Assembly (NCBI GenBank): GCA_030248215.1
Contig: JASANG010003525.1
Location: forward strand, 186,001 to 250,000
DNA: 64,000 bases
Source: Enoplolaimus lenunculus
Lineage: Eukaryota
Direction of reading: 5' to 3'
The stretch's first letter is position 1; the number at the start of each line of letters is the position of its first letter. Under the pieces are notes generated by a model, which was not told the origin of the DNA, searched no databases, and worked only from the letters and a program-made list of their open reading frames with translations. This document shows positions 51,901-64,000 of this stretch, one piece after another. Position numbers and translations under genes: made by a program.

Positions 51901-54900
51901 TAAAATATGTTCCAGTTTTGGGTTTACAAGAGTCAGAGTATTATACAGGTGGCTCTTCAAGTCAATATTTTTGTCATTTCAAACAATGGTCACAGCGAAA
52001 TATTGTTATTTCAGTCATAAATAATAGTGTAATGTTGCAGTTATAGCTTGCTAAAATATGTTCCAGTTTTGGGTTTACAAGAGTCAAAGTATTATACACG
52101 TGGCTCGTCAAGTCAATATTTTTGTCATTTCAAACAATGGTCACAGCGAAATATTGTTATTTCAGTCATAAATAATAGTATAATATTGCAGTTATATTAT
52201 GCTGCATTGTGGAATACCGGATCTCAGCTTGATGTCGATCGATGTTTTCGCCGGAACCGGATATATCGGGTCGAACGCCTACTCGGTTTGTTTTCTTGTT
52301 TCTACGTGTATTCTAAACGCTGCACTTTCCTAAGCCTAATCCTTACTGAACATTTGCCCGTGCCTACGCTTGATTCTAAGCTCAATCTGAAATGTCGGCG
52401 GAAGTATGCCGGAAACAAATATTTTACCTGAAGTTTACCATACTGAAATAAATCCAGCATGAAAGTGGGATGGGTATCTTTATTTATTTATTTATTTATT
52501 TACGTGTTTACATGGCACCACAAACAAATATAAACAAAACATACAAACATTAATGTATAGTAAGCGTTCCGCTATTCACAGTGCGTGGTATGTGGCTGGT
52601 ACCTTGATGAATAGGTTGATTCCGTGTGCTAACAACAGCGATGTGTATGTTTTTGTTAATAATTGTTTATTGTTTGTGTTTATTTCGTATCTGTCGATCT
52701 TTGTAGCAGTTTGTATCGGAAACATGCATATATACGTATGTTAGATTAGTTAGATACATAAATGCATATATGAAATTAATATATATGAAAGTTCAGCCGA
52801 AATTCGTGGTCCGGCTGGAATTCCTGAAAAAAAATTAAATTCCTGTTCCTGTTTTTGTTCCTGCATTCAAAGATGTAGGAACCGGAATTTTTACGGTTTT
52901 GTGGCAAATTATCCATTATCATTTAAATATTGGGGAAACTTTGTGGTTAAAAAATTATTATTTCAACACGAGAGTTTTTCCGATTACTTCAATTTTGTTA
53001 ATAAACTGTGTCTGTTGTGTTTTCGCAGAACTTGATGACGATGAAATTGCTGATAATTGGCTTACGTCTTGTTTTGGCAGGTTTTCGGAAAAGTCCAACA
53101 GTAATTCGGTATTGAAAATTATTTCAAACCCTGTTTCTTGTTCCTACAAAGCAATTCAATTACTGTTCAGGTAAAATTTAGTTCTGTTGGAACCCTTATA
53201 TATATATTTCAATGTATATATTATATATACATATACATGATTAATATTGACATTTAGAATTCTATGTATGTATGCTGTAGTTTGCCGTAAAAACAAACAC
53301 TATATGGGTATATATGTATATATATTTATTTATTTATATATATACGAAGCAGAAGCTTTTGCTGTGAAATCACACTTGAATTAACCGTGTGAAACTAGGT
53401 GGTGTATATATATATCATGTATGTATGTAATTGTTTACGTGTTTGTATTTATTTTGCACATATAGTACGTTATGTTTGATTCAGTGTGTTTTCTGTGTGT
53501 GTATATTTATATTTATATATGAACCGATAGATGTTGAGGCGTGGAAACTCTTTGGGTAGGGCCGGTCTCATTTCGTACGGTTTATATGCGTATTACCTGT
53601 CGTACGAAAACGCTCACGGTGTATGGCATACAAACCGGGGTTCTTGTTTAGTGGCCCCGACGTACAGTTTACTACCTCCCCGCCGAATAACGAGCCTATG
53701 ATAATGTAATAATTATAAGCACTCGGGGGTGGACTTTCGCTTTGTATTAAATTAACAGTAGTGTGATGGAGGGGATGGTGCCTTCTAAACATACAATTAT
53801 ATTGGCATTAGAAATCGGTGCCTGAAAATTTTATGCTTTTCGACGCGATAGATAATCATCACCTCTACTGGCAACTTCCAATATCTGTTGTCATCGCACG
53901 CTCGATGGCGGATCCATGGGGGGGCCACCCCGGCCGTGCCCCCCAACAGCATCTCGACAAAAATTATAGACAAAAATTATATACTTAGCAATTTTGTGAC
54001 AATAGTTCGTGGTTTGTGTGTGGATCAAAAGTAAGGTTATTACCTGTGAAATTTTGGCCCCCATTTTGAGATCCTGGATCCACCACTCACGCTGGAATTT
54101 GTGCTACCAGTACAACGTGAAGCGAGTTTGAAACGAGGTAAGGTGAATCGTGTGCTGTGCAGCCATCTTAGGATATATAAGATGAAAATAATTAGCTACG
54201 GATCGATAGTCAGCCAAAAAAAAACAAGCTGAGGAGGTAAATGTTACATCCTGTTTGAGCATGAGAGGATTTGATTAGAGTTTCCGAGTTCAACGATTTT
54301 ATACATTTGAGATGTTGAGTATTTTGGACACCAGTTAACCACAATGGCGAGTGTGAATCAAATCTGACAGCAATTTTTGGGATTTATGTTCCATCTTGTA
54401 GATACGTAAGTATCATATTGGCTTTTTTGATGATTTACATACCTGTGGTGGTTTAGTGCATGCGATCTGTTGACCAGACCGCCCTGACCTGAAGAAAACA
54501 GTCAAAAAAACTAGTAAAACCCAAAAATTAGGGATGTGCGGATACCTATTTTTCCCGATGCCAATACTGATGCCGATTGTTATTTTGAAAATTTACCGGT
54601 GTCGATACCGATGCCGATTCCAAGTTTAGTACACCATGCTTAAAGAACAGATAGCATACTACATTACATCGTGATGGGAAGACTTAAACTCTGACCGCTA
54701 TAAACGATTATAATTTTATGAAAACGGTTCATTTCAATTAATTTTTTCAAACTATTTTTAAAAAAATCGTAATTTTTTGCAATGCCGATGTCGATGATAC
54801 TCACGATAAGTGCAGATTATTACTAATGCGGATTAATCAGCACACCCTTTCTTACAAAAGTATCAGAAAATACTGCAAAGAAACTCGACTTGCTCCAAAA

Positions 54901-57769
54901 ACTAGATTGCATTCAATATTCAAGTATTGATTCGAAATTATACTGTCTTAAGATTGATAACGGGAATAAAATGTATCTTCAAATGTTTACGGATTTTATT
55001 CGCTATTTGATTTAGCACGAAATCTTTAAGGTATTAACTCAGACACCCTCGGTTGTGAGTTTAAACGTTGGGCCCATGTATGGAACAGGGCCGGAAACGT
55101 AGTATAAACATATGCCTAAGCCTATGAGTTTAAACGTTGGGCCCATGTATGGAACAGGGCCGGAAACGTAGTATAAACATATTCCTAAGCCTATGAGTTT
55201 GAACGTTGGGCCCATGTATGGAACAGGGCCGGAAACGTAGTATAAACATATTCCTAAGCCTATGAGTTTAAACGTTGGGCCCATGTATGGAACAGGGCCG
55301 GAAACGTAGTCTAAACATATTCCTAAGCCTAAGCCTAAACAAGAACGATAGTCTGAAGCTTAAACTGACTCTATTATACAGCCGCGCTGGAAAACGATCC
55401 CGCCCTGTTCTATACAATGGGCCAAACGTTGTATATACTAAGGCGGTCCCTTTGTCGTTGGTCTCCGCGGTACACCGATTAATTAAGCTAATGTTTTGGT
55501 GAGTTTCTTAGAAATAACGTTGACTGTGAAGTTGCGCAATGAAGATATTCCAAGTATATACGTATAGTAGTGCCGGCGGGGCGGTATTTGTCAAAGATAC
55601 GTGCGTATATATGTGTATATATCAAAACTGGCCTGGAGCATTGATTTTTGCCGGGCTCCCATTTTCAGAGTGATTAATAGCTTGAGATGTATTGTGTAGC
55701 AAGGATGTGCAGTCTCGCGTAGCAACTGAGACCGAGACCTGACTATCGAGACCGGCACAAAAAGTCTCGGTCAATTTTTGGTTATCACCGAAACAAATTT
55801 AAATTTTCAAAATAAATTAATTCTAATGCTTGTTTCGTAGGTTTTTTTGTGTTTTTATAGTTTTTTGTGTTTTTACAGTTTGTCTTTTTTATAGTTTTTT
55901 GTGTTTTTTATAGTTTTTTGTGTTTTTTCACAATATCAGCTCGTAATTATTGCGTAACTATGAAGTGTTATACCCTCACAGAAAAATGTTATTCATCAGC
56001 CATTACTTACTTCAACGATACAATTATACATTTGCTGAATCCTCGACTAATGGTCTCAGTTCCAAACCACCGAGACTCAAAAAAAGCGAGACTGTTACCT
56101 GCCAAGTACCGAGACTGCCATAACTGTTGTATAGATATTTATGTGTACCCATCCAGACCCATAGCGATCTTATGATCAGGCCGCGCCCGGAATTTCAGTT
56201 CCGGTAAAAAAAACAGTATTTTTCACTATCCGGTTCCGGTAATGAATCCGGTATTTTTTTCGCCTGGCTTTACGATACAAATATTTATTGTCGGAGTTGA
56301 TTGTTTTGAGTTTCAAAAAGTACGAGTCGGAAATGTTGACGAATTTGTTAGGTTTTAACTACAGTTACGTAGTAGACGCACGACGGTGGCCAAATCTAAA
56401 CAGTTCACAGTACGTAACATGTGCAGGTTGGCGATTTAGGCGTGAAATTAAGCAGTAAACGTTAGCATGTACATGTTTTTGAAGACAAATTACTGAACAC
56501 AGTCGCAAGTATTGGAGTAATATTTCAAGTACAGTTGCGCTAACATTTATATTTCCGGTGTCTTTTCTCCGTTTTTGGTCCCGGTTCCGGTTTTGCGTAT
56601 TAGGGTTGCGCCCTGTTAATGATATATACATAAATATGTTTCCAAATGAGATCTATGCTAACGATTCAAGATACGAAACTGGCCTCAGGCAAGAGCTCGG
56701 AGGCGGCAAAACAATTTTAGTCTGTCTCGGTTTTTGACCGAGACCGCACATCTTTGCGTTTTGCCACACCCTCTGATTACGGGCTGGCGATTTTGAGAAA
56801 AAATATGAGGAAATTCAACGCTTGGTTTCCAATCTTAGCTTCAGTCTTTTATCAAGATACGAAACTGGCCTCAGGCAAGAGCTCGGAGGCGGCAAAAGAA
56901 TTTTAGTCTGTCTCGGTTTTTGACCGAGACCGCTCATCTTTGCGTTTTGCCACACCCTCTGATTACGGGCTGGCGATTTTGAGAAGAAATATGAGGAAAT
57001 TCAACGCTTGGTTTCCAATGTTAGCTTCAGTCTTTTATCAAGATACGAAACTGGCCTCAGGCAAGAGCTCGGAGGCGGCAAAACAATTTTAGTCTGTCTC
57101 GGTTTTTGACCGAAACCGCACATCTTTGCGTTTTGCCACACCCTCTGATTACGGGCTGGCGATTTTGAGAAGAAATATGAGGAAATTCAACGCTTGGTTT
57201 CCAATGTTAGCTTCAGTCTTTTATCAAGATACGAAACTGGCCTCAGGCAAGAGCTCGGAGGCGGCAAAACAATTTTAGTCTGTCTCGGTTTTTGACCGAG
57301 ACCGCACGTCTTTGCGTTTTGCCACACCCTCTGATTACGGGCTGGCGATTTTGAGAAGAATATGAGGAAATTCAACGCTTGGTTTCCAATCTTAGCTTCA
57401 GTCTTTTATCAAGATACGAAACTGGCCTCAGGCAAGAGCTCGGAGGCGGCAAAACAATTTTAGTCTGTCTCGGTTTTTGACCGAAACCGCACATCTTTGC
57501 GTTTTGCCACACCCTCTGATTACGGGCTGGCGATTTTGAGAAAAAATATGAGGAAATTCAACGCTTGGTTTCCAATCTTAGCTTCAGTCTTTTATTACTT
57601 AAGGCTCTCATCCGTGACTATGATATAGGCGGCGTGTTTGCTTGATGGCTAATGGATGTTTAGTCGTTCTACGTGTGCTTTTGCACTAATTTGAGTATAT
57701 ATATTTATTTATTTATATATAAATATATAACTATATAACTATATATTTATATATGTATATATTCATATA

Positions 57770-57802
<33 letters not shown>

Positions 57803-60800
57803 ATTAGTAGTTCTACGTGTGCTTTTGCCCTAATTTGAGTATATATACGTATCTGGTTGTTAGTTTATTCAATATGTATGTATGTATAATCTGTTATATG
57901 CTGGGAATCATTATATATGTGTGCTTGTAGACAAAACGAATTAAGCTTTATTGACGTCAGGCAGCAGACTAATGTTACGATCTAAGTCGTCTTGACGAAC
58001 TTGGTGTGAATTGGTTGTGCCAGTTCATGGAAGTTATATATGTACTAATAGATTAATATAACCTTTAAGCAAATGCCTGGATTTTGCTGCGTTGAAGGCG
58101 ATACTTGAAGCAATGATTAATTATTAAACCAAATCGTGGTTAATGAAATTGTTTTATGTGCATAAATAAAGGTGTATAGCATATGTACACGCATATTGTG
58201 TACCTTTTGCGTAAGCATGTACTTGGGAGTGAGTACGGTACCGTTGTTATCATATCGCGTGACGCGACATTCTGTTGATACTCCCATCCCATGTTGTGGA
58301 GTTATTGTTAATGCGTTATATATTATATATACATATATACATATATTATAATATATATACATATATATGTATGTATATATCTATGTATGTATGTATATAT
58401 GTATATATGTATGTATATATATGTATATATCAGGGTGCAACCGGAATTCCGGTTCCGGTTCCGGCATTTTTTCACCTTCCGGTTCCGGTTCCGGTAAATT
58501 TTTACCGGATTTAAAAATTCCGGTGTTATAATTTGGCCGTTTTTTTAACTTTGCTAATCTTTAAGAATCTCTTTAGAAAGCCACTTGTATTCCGAATATA
58601 AGCCATTGATGGTGGATTTTACTTCAGTCGACGACGAAAATCTAAAATACAACAAATAAAATAAATATCTATGTTCGACTAAGGTTATTTCACAAATAAT
58701 AGAGCAAAAAATAAGATTAAAATGAAATTTTTGGTGAAATGCATTTTTCACTTTCCGGTTCCGGTAAAATTTTCAAATTCCGGTTCCGGTAAATTGTAAT
58801 TCCGGTTGCACCCTGGTATATATGTATATATAAGTACTATAGTGTGACCAGATGTTATAAATGCCTGACCACTATTTCCAATAATTTTTATGTAAGTGTA
58901 GTCCAATACTTGCCATGTACATCAATTAGAATGTATATCTGTTTAATTTGACTTTGTTGGATCAAAAATGAATTAAAAACAAGTATTGAGTCTGCGCTAA
59001 AAATGTGTATGCAGTTGGATTGATATCCGGCAAAAAAAACTGACATCTGTATCGAGATTCCGATATCCGATATAAACCTAACAAGAAGAATCCAACGGCG
59101 GAGGAACGGAATATGGACCACCTTAGGAATATAATGAAAAACAGTTTTATAGATTTCGGCGAGCTGAGTTCAGCGGTATCGTTTTTAAGATTGCAGGGCC
59201 CCCGGTTCAAAAGTTATGGCCTTTTAACTTCAACTTTCACTATATAAAATACTTACAATTGCCAACCAAATTTGTGTAACGAATAAATCTGGTACAGTTT
59301 ACAATTTGCGATCATGTGAATGATAGATACTTTCTCTTCCAATCTGTACGTATTTCTACTACAATTTCAAGGGCCATAACTTTTGTACCGTAACCCTAAG
59401 CATTTAAAATTGTTTATTGTTAGTTTAATTTTAGACGAATCATTATTACGTCCGGACGCAATGGTACTTGTCTTTGCAGTGGAAGGTAGGTGCGATTTCT
59501 GGCAAAATAACCCTTCTGATTCTGGACTTACATTTTCTATAACAGAAATTTGGTATGGCTCCATCGGTTGTCAGTGCAGTGAAATTAATAATGCACAGCA
59601 CCTTAGCCACTATTTGATACATGCGATCCGAACTACACTTAAGCGGTCAGAAGCGTATACTATTGCAGTCTCACAGAAAAAACGTTCCGCCCCTGATCTT
59701 TACACATGGGCCAGAGTACCAAACAGTTTTCTATACGTAAACACCGATCATCCGTAATTTGGACACAGTTCTCGCTGACTTTTACAGTCAACGTTATGTT
59801 TGAGAAATGATTTTGTCAGCAACAAAAATACTTTTCTTAGCGAAAACTAGCTATCAAATTACCTACTCTTTAGACTGAAACCAATAGCTGCTAAGCTACA
59901 AACGCTTGGCACAGCGAAACAAGAAATTAACAAAATTGTTAAACTCGACAATCGATACTGAGAGGCTCGAGTTGTCGGGTTGCTGGTCGCTGTCTTCAGC
60001 CTTGATTTTGGTTTTTTTACCCCGGCGCCAATCCTCTCTGTTCCTGTATACCGTACTTTTTGCAGATAGGTCATATAGCTCTTGAATCAATCAAAATCGT
60101 GTCATTGCCAGGGTGCAACCGGAATTACAATTTACCGGAACCGGAACCGGAATTTGAAAATTTTACCGGAACCGGAACCGGAAAATGAAAAATGCATTTC
60201 ACCAAAAATTTCATTTTAATCGTATTTTTTGCTCTATTATTCGTGAAACAACCTTAGTCGAACACAGGTATTTATTTTATTTGTTGTATTTTAGATTTTC
60301 GTCGTCGACTGAAGTGAAATCCACCATCAACGGCTTATATTCTGAGTACAAGTGGCTTTCAAAAGAGATTCTTAAACGGCCAAATTATAACACCGGAATT
60401 TTTAAATCCGGTAAAAATTTACCGGAACCGGAAGGTGAAAAAATGCCGGAACCGGAACCGGAATTCCGGTTGCACCCTGGTCATTGCGGTGATAAGTCAG
60501 TAGTTAACTGCTTGGGAATGCACACTCTAGTAGTTAGCAAGTGTTGCCTTCGAAACATGGTCATTATGTGTGCATTGTTGATTGGTAAAATTATGCATTT
60601 CAGTGTATGTTTTGTTTAATATCGAAGTACATAATATTTGTGTTCAGATTCAAGTTCGTTCGTTGTATACCGTTTTGTAGTTTATTTTCAGAGACACATG
60701 TTTCGTTATCGAAGGATATTCGAAAATATTGAACGATCTAATGTGATCCTTCGAGAGTTAAAGGTACACAATTTTAATGTTTATTGTCTTGTTGGTAAAA

Positions 60801-63800
60801 TACAGTTTGTTACATAGGCACTACTAAGCCATTTCCAGTGTTACTGTGTGTGTCTACGTTATTGCGTTTATTTAACACAAGATTTGATTTTATCGCAATT
60901 GCAAAGTTTGCAAATCAAAAATTAGCCGCGTCTCACGTAGACAAATCATTTTTGAAATTTGTGAGTTAGTGATTTTTGAAAATTATATACGTCTTTAAAC
61001 ATCACTTGTGTGGCATAAGTGGGTTTTACCAAGAGTCGATAATCGCTATTGAACAAGAGTGTACAATTGGGCACATTCTGTGTAGAAAAGAATGTAGCCG
61101 GCTCGCGTTGCGTTTTTGGCAAACCCCCCTTTATTTAGAGGGTGGGTACAACCGGTGTGAAGCATGGCACTTCATGTATGCGGCGTTAAACATGCTCCCC
61201 TTATAGTTTAATTTAGGGGTATTCATGTGATAGCGACCCCCCTCTAAACAAGGGGGTCGACCAAAAATGCAACGCGCGGTGGTACATTTTGTACCATACA
61301 AATTTCGGTAGTGTGGTACGTTGGTAAATTTAAATCTGTGTAAAAGTGTTTTAAAATTTTGCTGAGATTAATTTGTAATAAAAATTCTCATAAATTCTGT
61401 TGGCGCAACGATGATGATTTTAACAGCTGCAATCGTATACTTCAACCCAATAGATGTCGGCATGGTTTTTATTTTTTCAGAGTCTAGTCGATCTTGCACG
61501 TTCGACAACGTTGCAAGATGAAATGATACTCAACGAACCGTTGGAGCTTATTGCGAAAGTTTTACGCCAAGTAATCAAAATGTTATTTTTGTTATTATAC
61601 ATAGCTAATAATTTATGAACTCGATGGGTAGGCAGAAGAGAAAAAATTTCGCTGAAATTTAATATTTGGAAATTTGACTCGCATTGAAATTGATCCAAAA
61701 ATATTTTGGATGCTCAAAAAATTTGTAATTTAAAAACGAAATATTTGGTCTGTAGTTGGATAAATAAGAACGATATCCCTACACTGGAATATTCTGGATT
61801 AACCACACTTCATGATGCTCTGTATTGGCAAATTACAAGGTATCAAATGTTGGCAAGTTCTGGTCGTTGTTTCAGATGTTAGACTGTGAATTTTCGCCAA
61901 ATGTCCTTGATCAGGCAATCATTATCGCAGTGCCATTGCTTTTGGATGTGTGTCCGACCGATAGTTTATCAAGTGTTTTCTCAAAGGTAACGTATTTGTT
62001 TAACGCAGGAATTCGAAAATTATTTGCTGCCGCCAACATACCGCTCTGTGGTTAAATTCACGGATTTAGTTAGTGGAGGTAATCTTTATAACCTTATGTC
62101 AACACAGTGACAACGTCGTGTGATTTTGCGCCAGTACCATTTTAAAATTGAAGTCCTAGAGCCGTATACTCAATTATGTATGTATCCCCTTTTAACCAAT
62201 TACTAGTTAGTAGTTGCAATAATAGGCCTTCAAACAGCCGAACTATTTCATTTTGTGACCTCTCAATATACGTAGATGTATCTCATTTAATTCGAATGTG
62301 GCTCTTATATAAGTTACAAAATATAACACAGTGCTAATTAGTTGCTAGGCACATTTGAGAATACGATCAAAAGTAAGTACGAATGTATAGATTTTCATAC
62401 TACTGCTTTTGTAGTACTGTTGCGCATATCCCCGTTCGACTGTGATTGAAGATGAATTCGGCAAAATTGCTCATCAGGTGCTGAAACGAAATATGGTACG
62501 TTTTACGTTGGGCTTAATGGAGTCTATCATAATGTTTATTTTCGCTTTGGTTTGTGGGCACTATTCCGTTCAGCCAGGTCTCTAAAATGCTCGTTGGTGT
62601 TTCTTTTTTGAACCCGATGCAAAGTGTCTGTGCCCAATTTGTTCATTTTTGAATTAGGTAAGATGTTTCATATATATACATATATATTTAAACTGTTAAA
62701 ATTTCTGTTGATTTTTGTCCTACGTTGCAATGTTTACTGCATTTGTAAACGACTCTGCTGGCAGCTTGCTTGGCATGACTCCTATTCGACACTGATGTCT
62801 AATTTATTCATTTTTGAGGCCAAGTTTTACTTTACTGTTTTTGTCTTAGTTAGTGTTTCATATCACAGTCTAGTTTCTTTTAAGGCAGTGATTTTGTTTA
62901 GGTAATTGATTGGATTAGTATTTACTTTCTATGTACAGTTTTACTTGTGATTTTAGGACTTTGGCAAATATCCGAATATGCGTTGTTTTATTCAAGATTT
63001 TTTGGTTGCATTGAATTCTCAAAACAATGGATTGACGAAAGTGAAAAAGTTTGCCCGAAGGTACCCACAGTCATAATTATTATGAAGTTTGTGTCTTTTT
63101 GGGTGACTTTTGGAAATAGACTGTTATAGTTAAACCTCCGTTTCACGTTAGAAATTCTGAAAAGACATGCAGCTGGGCGTTCAAACGGCAGTATGAGTTT
63201 TCCAATCAGGGCATACCGTAGCTTGCTTGTTTGAAAATTTATCTGTTCCGATGATTATCGTCACAGCAGTTACAATGTGTGAGCAATAAATGCACAGATT
63301 TGTTTGACGCCATAAAAGTGTTGCAGTCACGTGGTATTTGTTTCTATGAAAAAAATGATATCATATTTCAGTGCTCATGGACCTGCAAGTGTCTGCCCTC
63401 ATCCACGCGTTTTGTCAAACTTGTTGTCTGCTGCGTTATCAGCTGTTCGCAATTTGTTCGATGAACACAAGTGAGCACTCTTTTACACTGTTTCCTTCAC
63501 ATTTATAGGCGGGTCTTAGCCAAGTAACTACCGGGGGCACCTGAGCGAACATCAGGGAGCTTATTTGGACCCAATAAGGCCGCTTCAGTCAGTGTAATAA
63601 AAGACCAGTTATATTCATTTCTTAACAAAACAACACACTTTTTAAGCGATGGCCTGAAAATCCACGCAAAATCTTATTTTATAGGTTTATGAAATGTCTT
63701 GAATAATTTTGGTAGCATAGTGTGAATTTCATATTTGTTTTCTTATCGTAGGGAAGAAGAGCCGATCTCGCCTGATTCGGAAGAAGGTCATCATTTGGAG

Positions 63801-64000
63801 TGCTTTGTAACTGTGTTCGACGTTATGTAAGCGGCTATTTTATATTGGTTTGGGTCGCTGGTGTCGTGTGTTGTAAAACTATTTTTTGAAGCGAAGTCTC
63901 TTAAATTGTTTTGTTCGTTTTTGTTTATTTATTTTTCATGTTTATTATTTATTCTTGTGTTGATATTTTAGATCAGAGTACGATGATTGGCGTTTGCAGT
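45395..64000 (+). CDS. CMIP: C-Maf-inducing protein (PH domain), 3'-incomplete
   Basis: Exons 45395-46846, 47254-47382, 59435-59485, 60692-60763, 61481-61570, 61876-61986, 62415-62495, 62957-63060, 63372-63470, 63752-63826, 63972-64000 (cut by window end). Motifs KIVTSKFLRRWEPHHL, PTGFME, QWYLSLQWK, NMDFGKYP, HGPASVCPHPRVL, SEYDDWR. Confidence 0.93.
45938..45979 (+). repeat. (AAT/AAC)14 coding microsatellite giving poly-Asn in the CMIP N-terminus
   Basis: Fourteen consecutive Asn codons in frame. Confidence 0.9.
47464..48228 (-). mobile_element. Second HINE/DINE-1-like copy with ~4 central units
   Basis: Stem-loop GTCGTAGTGCGAC, the same tandem units, CGGACGGACAGACGG, terminal GCTTCGCTCAGTAA. 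Confidence 0.78.
51029..51431. mobile_element. Young hAT MITE (CAGGGTGCAACC family)
   Basis: TIR CAGGGTGCAACCGGAATT; perfect TSD CAATTTGG; CCGGTT repeats. Confidence 0.93.
51590..52194. repeat. Tandem array, 4 x 151 bp
   Basis: Units start at 51590, 51741, 51892 and 52043, each containing AGCTTGCTAAAATATGTTCCAG. Confidence 0.92.
55071..55423. mobile_element. GGCC-ended MITE whose left junction is repeated 4 x 69 bp
   Basis: GGCCCATGTATGGAACAGGG / CCCTGTTCTATACAATGGGCC; perfect TSD AAACGTTG. Confidence 0.85.
55700..56120. mobile_element. hAT-type MITE (CCGAGA family)
   Basis: Starts CAAGGATGTGCAGTCTCG; CCGAGA repeats; shared internal sequence. Right boundary approximate. Confidence 0.55.
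56177..56615. mobile_element. Older hAT MITE
   Basis: CAGGCCGCGCCCGG...GGGTTGCGCCCTG; flanks CTTATGAT/TTAATGAT. Confidence 0.55.
56666..57595. repeat. Tandem array, 5 x 186 bp, each unit containing a hAT terminus
   Basis: Units at 56666, 56852, 57038, 57224 and 57410; each has GTCTCGGTTTTTGACCGA(G/A)ACCGC. Confidence 0.93.
58431..58815. mobile_element. Young hAT MITE (CAGGGTGCAACC family)
   Basis: Same TIRs; perfect TSD GTATATAT, inside a TA-rich tract. Confidence 0.93.
60109..60479. mobile_element. Young hAT MITE (CAGGGTGCAACC family), inverted
   Basis: Same TIRs; perfect TSD GTCATTGC. Confidence 0.93.
61075..61303. mobile_element. Palindromic MITE-like element
   Basis: Imperfect ~70-bp inverted arms including CGCGTTGCGTTTTTGG / CCAAAAATGCAACGCG and CCCCCTTTATTTAGAGGG / CCCTCTAAACAAGGGGG. 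Confidence 0.6.

Noticed and set aside
53029..53170. Exon-like segment in CMIP intron 2 (TTTCGCAG...CAG/GTAAAA; ELDDDEIADNW...)
   Set aside because: At 142 nt it breaks the frame between the phase-0 exons and shows no CMIP similarity. An alternative 5' exon cannot be supported without RNA data.
55039..55284. ORF with three 23-aa repeats
   Set aside because: It is the translation of the 69-bp MITE junction repeat.
51590..57595. Regular repeat arrays as possible CRISPR loci
   Set aside because: Whole units repeat with no unique spacers, in a eukaryotic intron with no cas genes.
51152..60619. Three similar MKNAFHQKF... ORFs suggesting a small gene family
   Set aside because: All lie inside copies of the same hAT MITE.

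Overview
This is AT-rich genomic DNA from an intron-rich invertebrate animal; the lineage cannot be fixed from the window. Four spliced genes were rebuilt by hand with GT-AG introns and continuous frames. They are cyclin B3 (+, 11 exons, 464 aa), muskelin (-, 20 exons, 778 aa), a CCNDBP1/GCIP-like gene (-, 11 exons, 351 aa) and CMIP (+, 11 exons seen, running off the 3' end). Introns and intergenic DNA are packed with non-autonomous transposons: hAT MITEs with 8-bp TSDs, GGCC-ended MITEs with 8-bp TSDs, Helentron/DINE-like elements with internal tandem arrays, a Ginger1-like element carrying a decayed OTU protease, and an unclassified element with a 5-bp TSD. The most unusual signal lies at 41.6-44.5 kb, in CCNDBP1 intron 1 and between the divergent CCNDBP1 and CMIP starts. 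It is a cluster of miniature LTR retrotransposons whose LTRs hold tRNA-like Pol III cassettes. Two families with dissimilar LTRs share internal motifs, and one LTR backbone occurs with two different tRNA-like cores. Protein identities rest on recalled family motifs, not database searches. The first ~0.9 kb looks like low-quality sequence.
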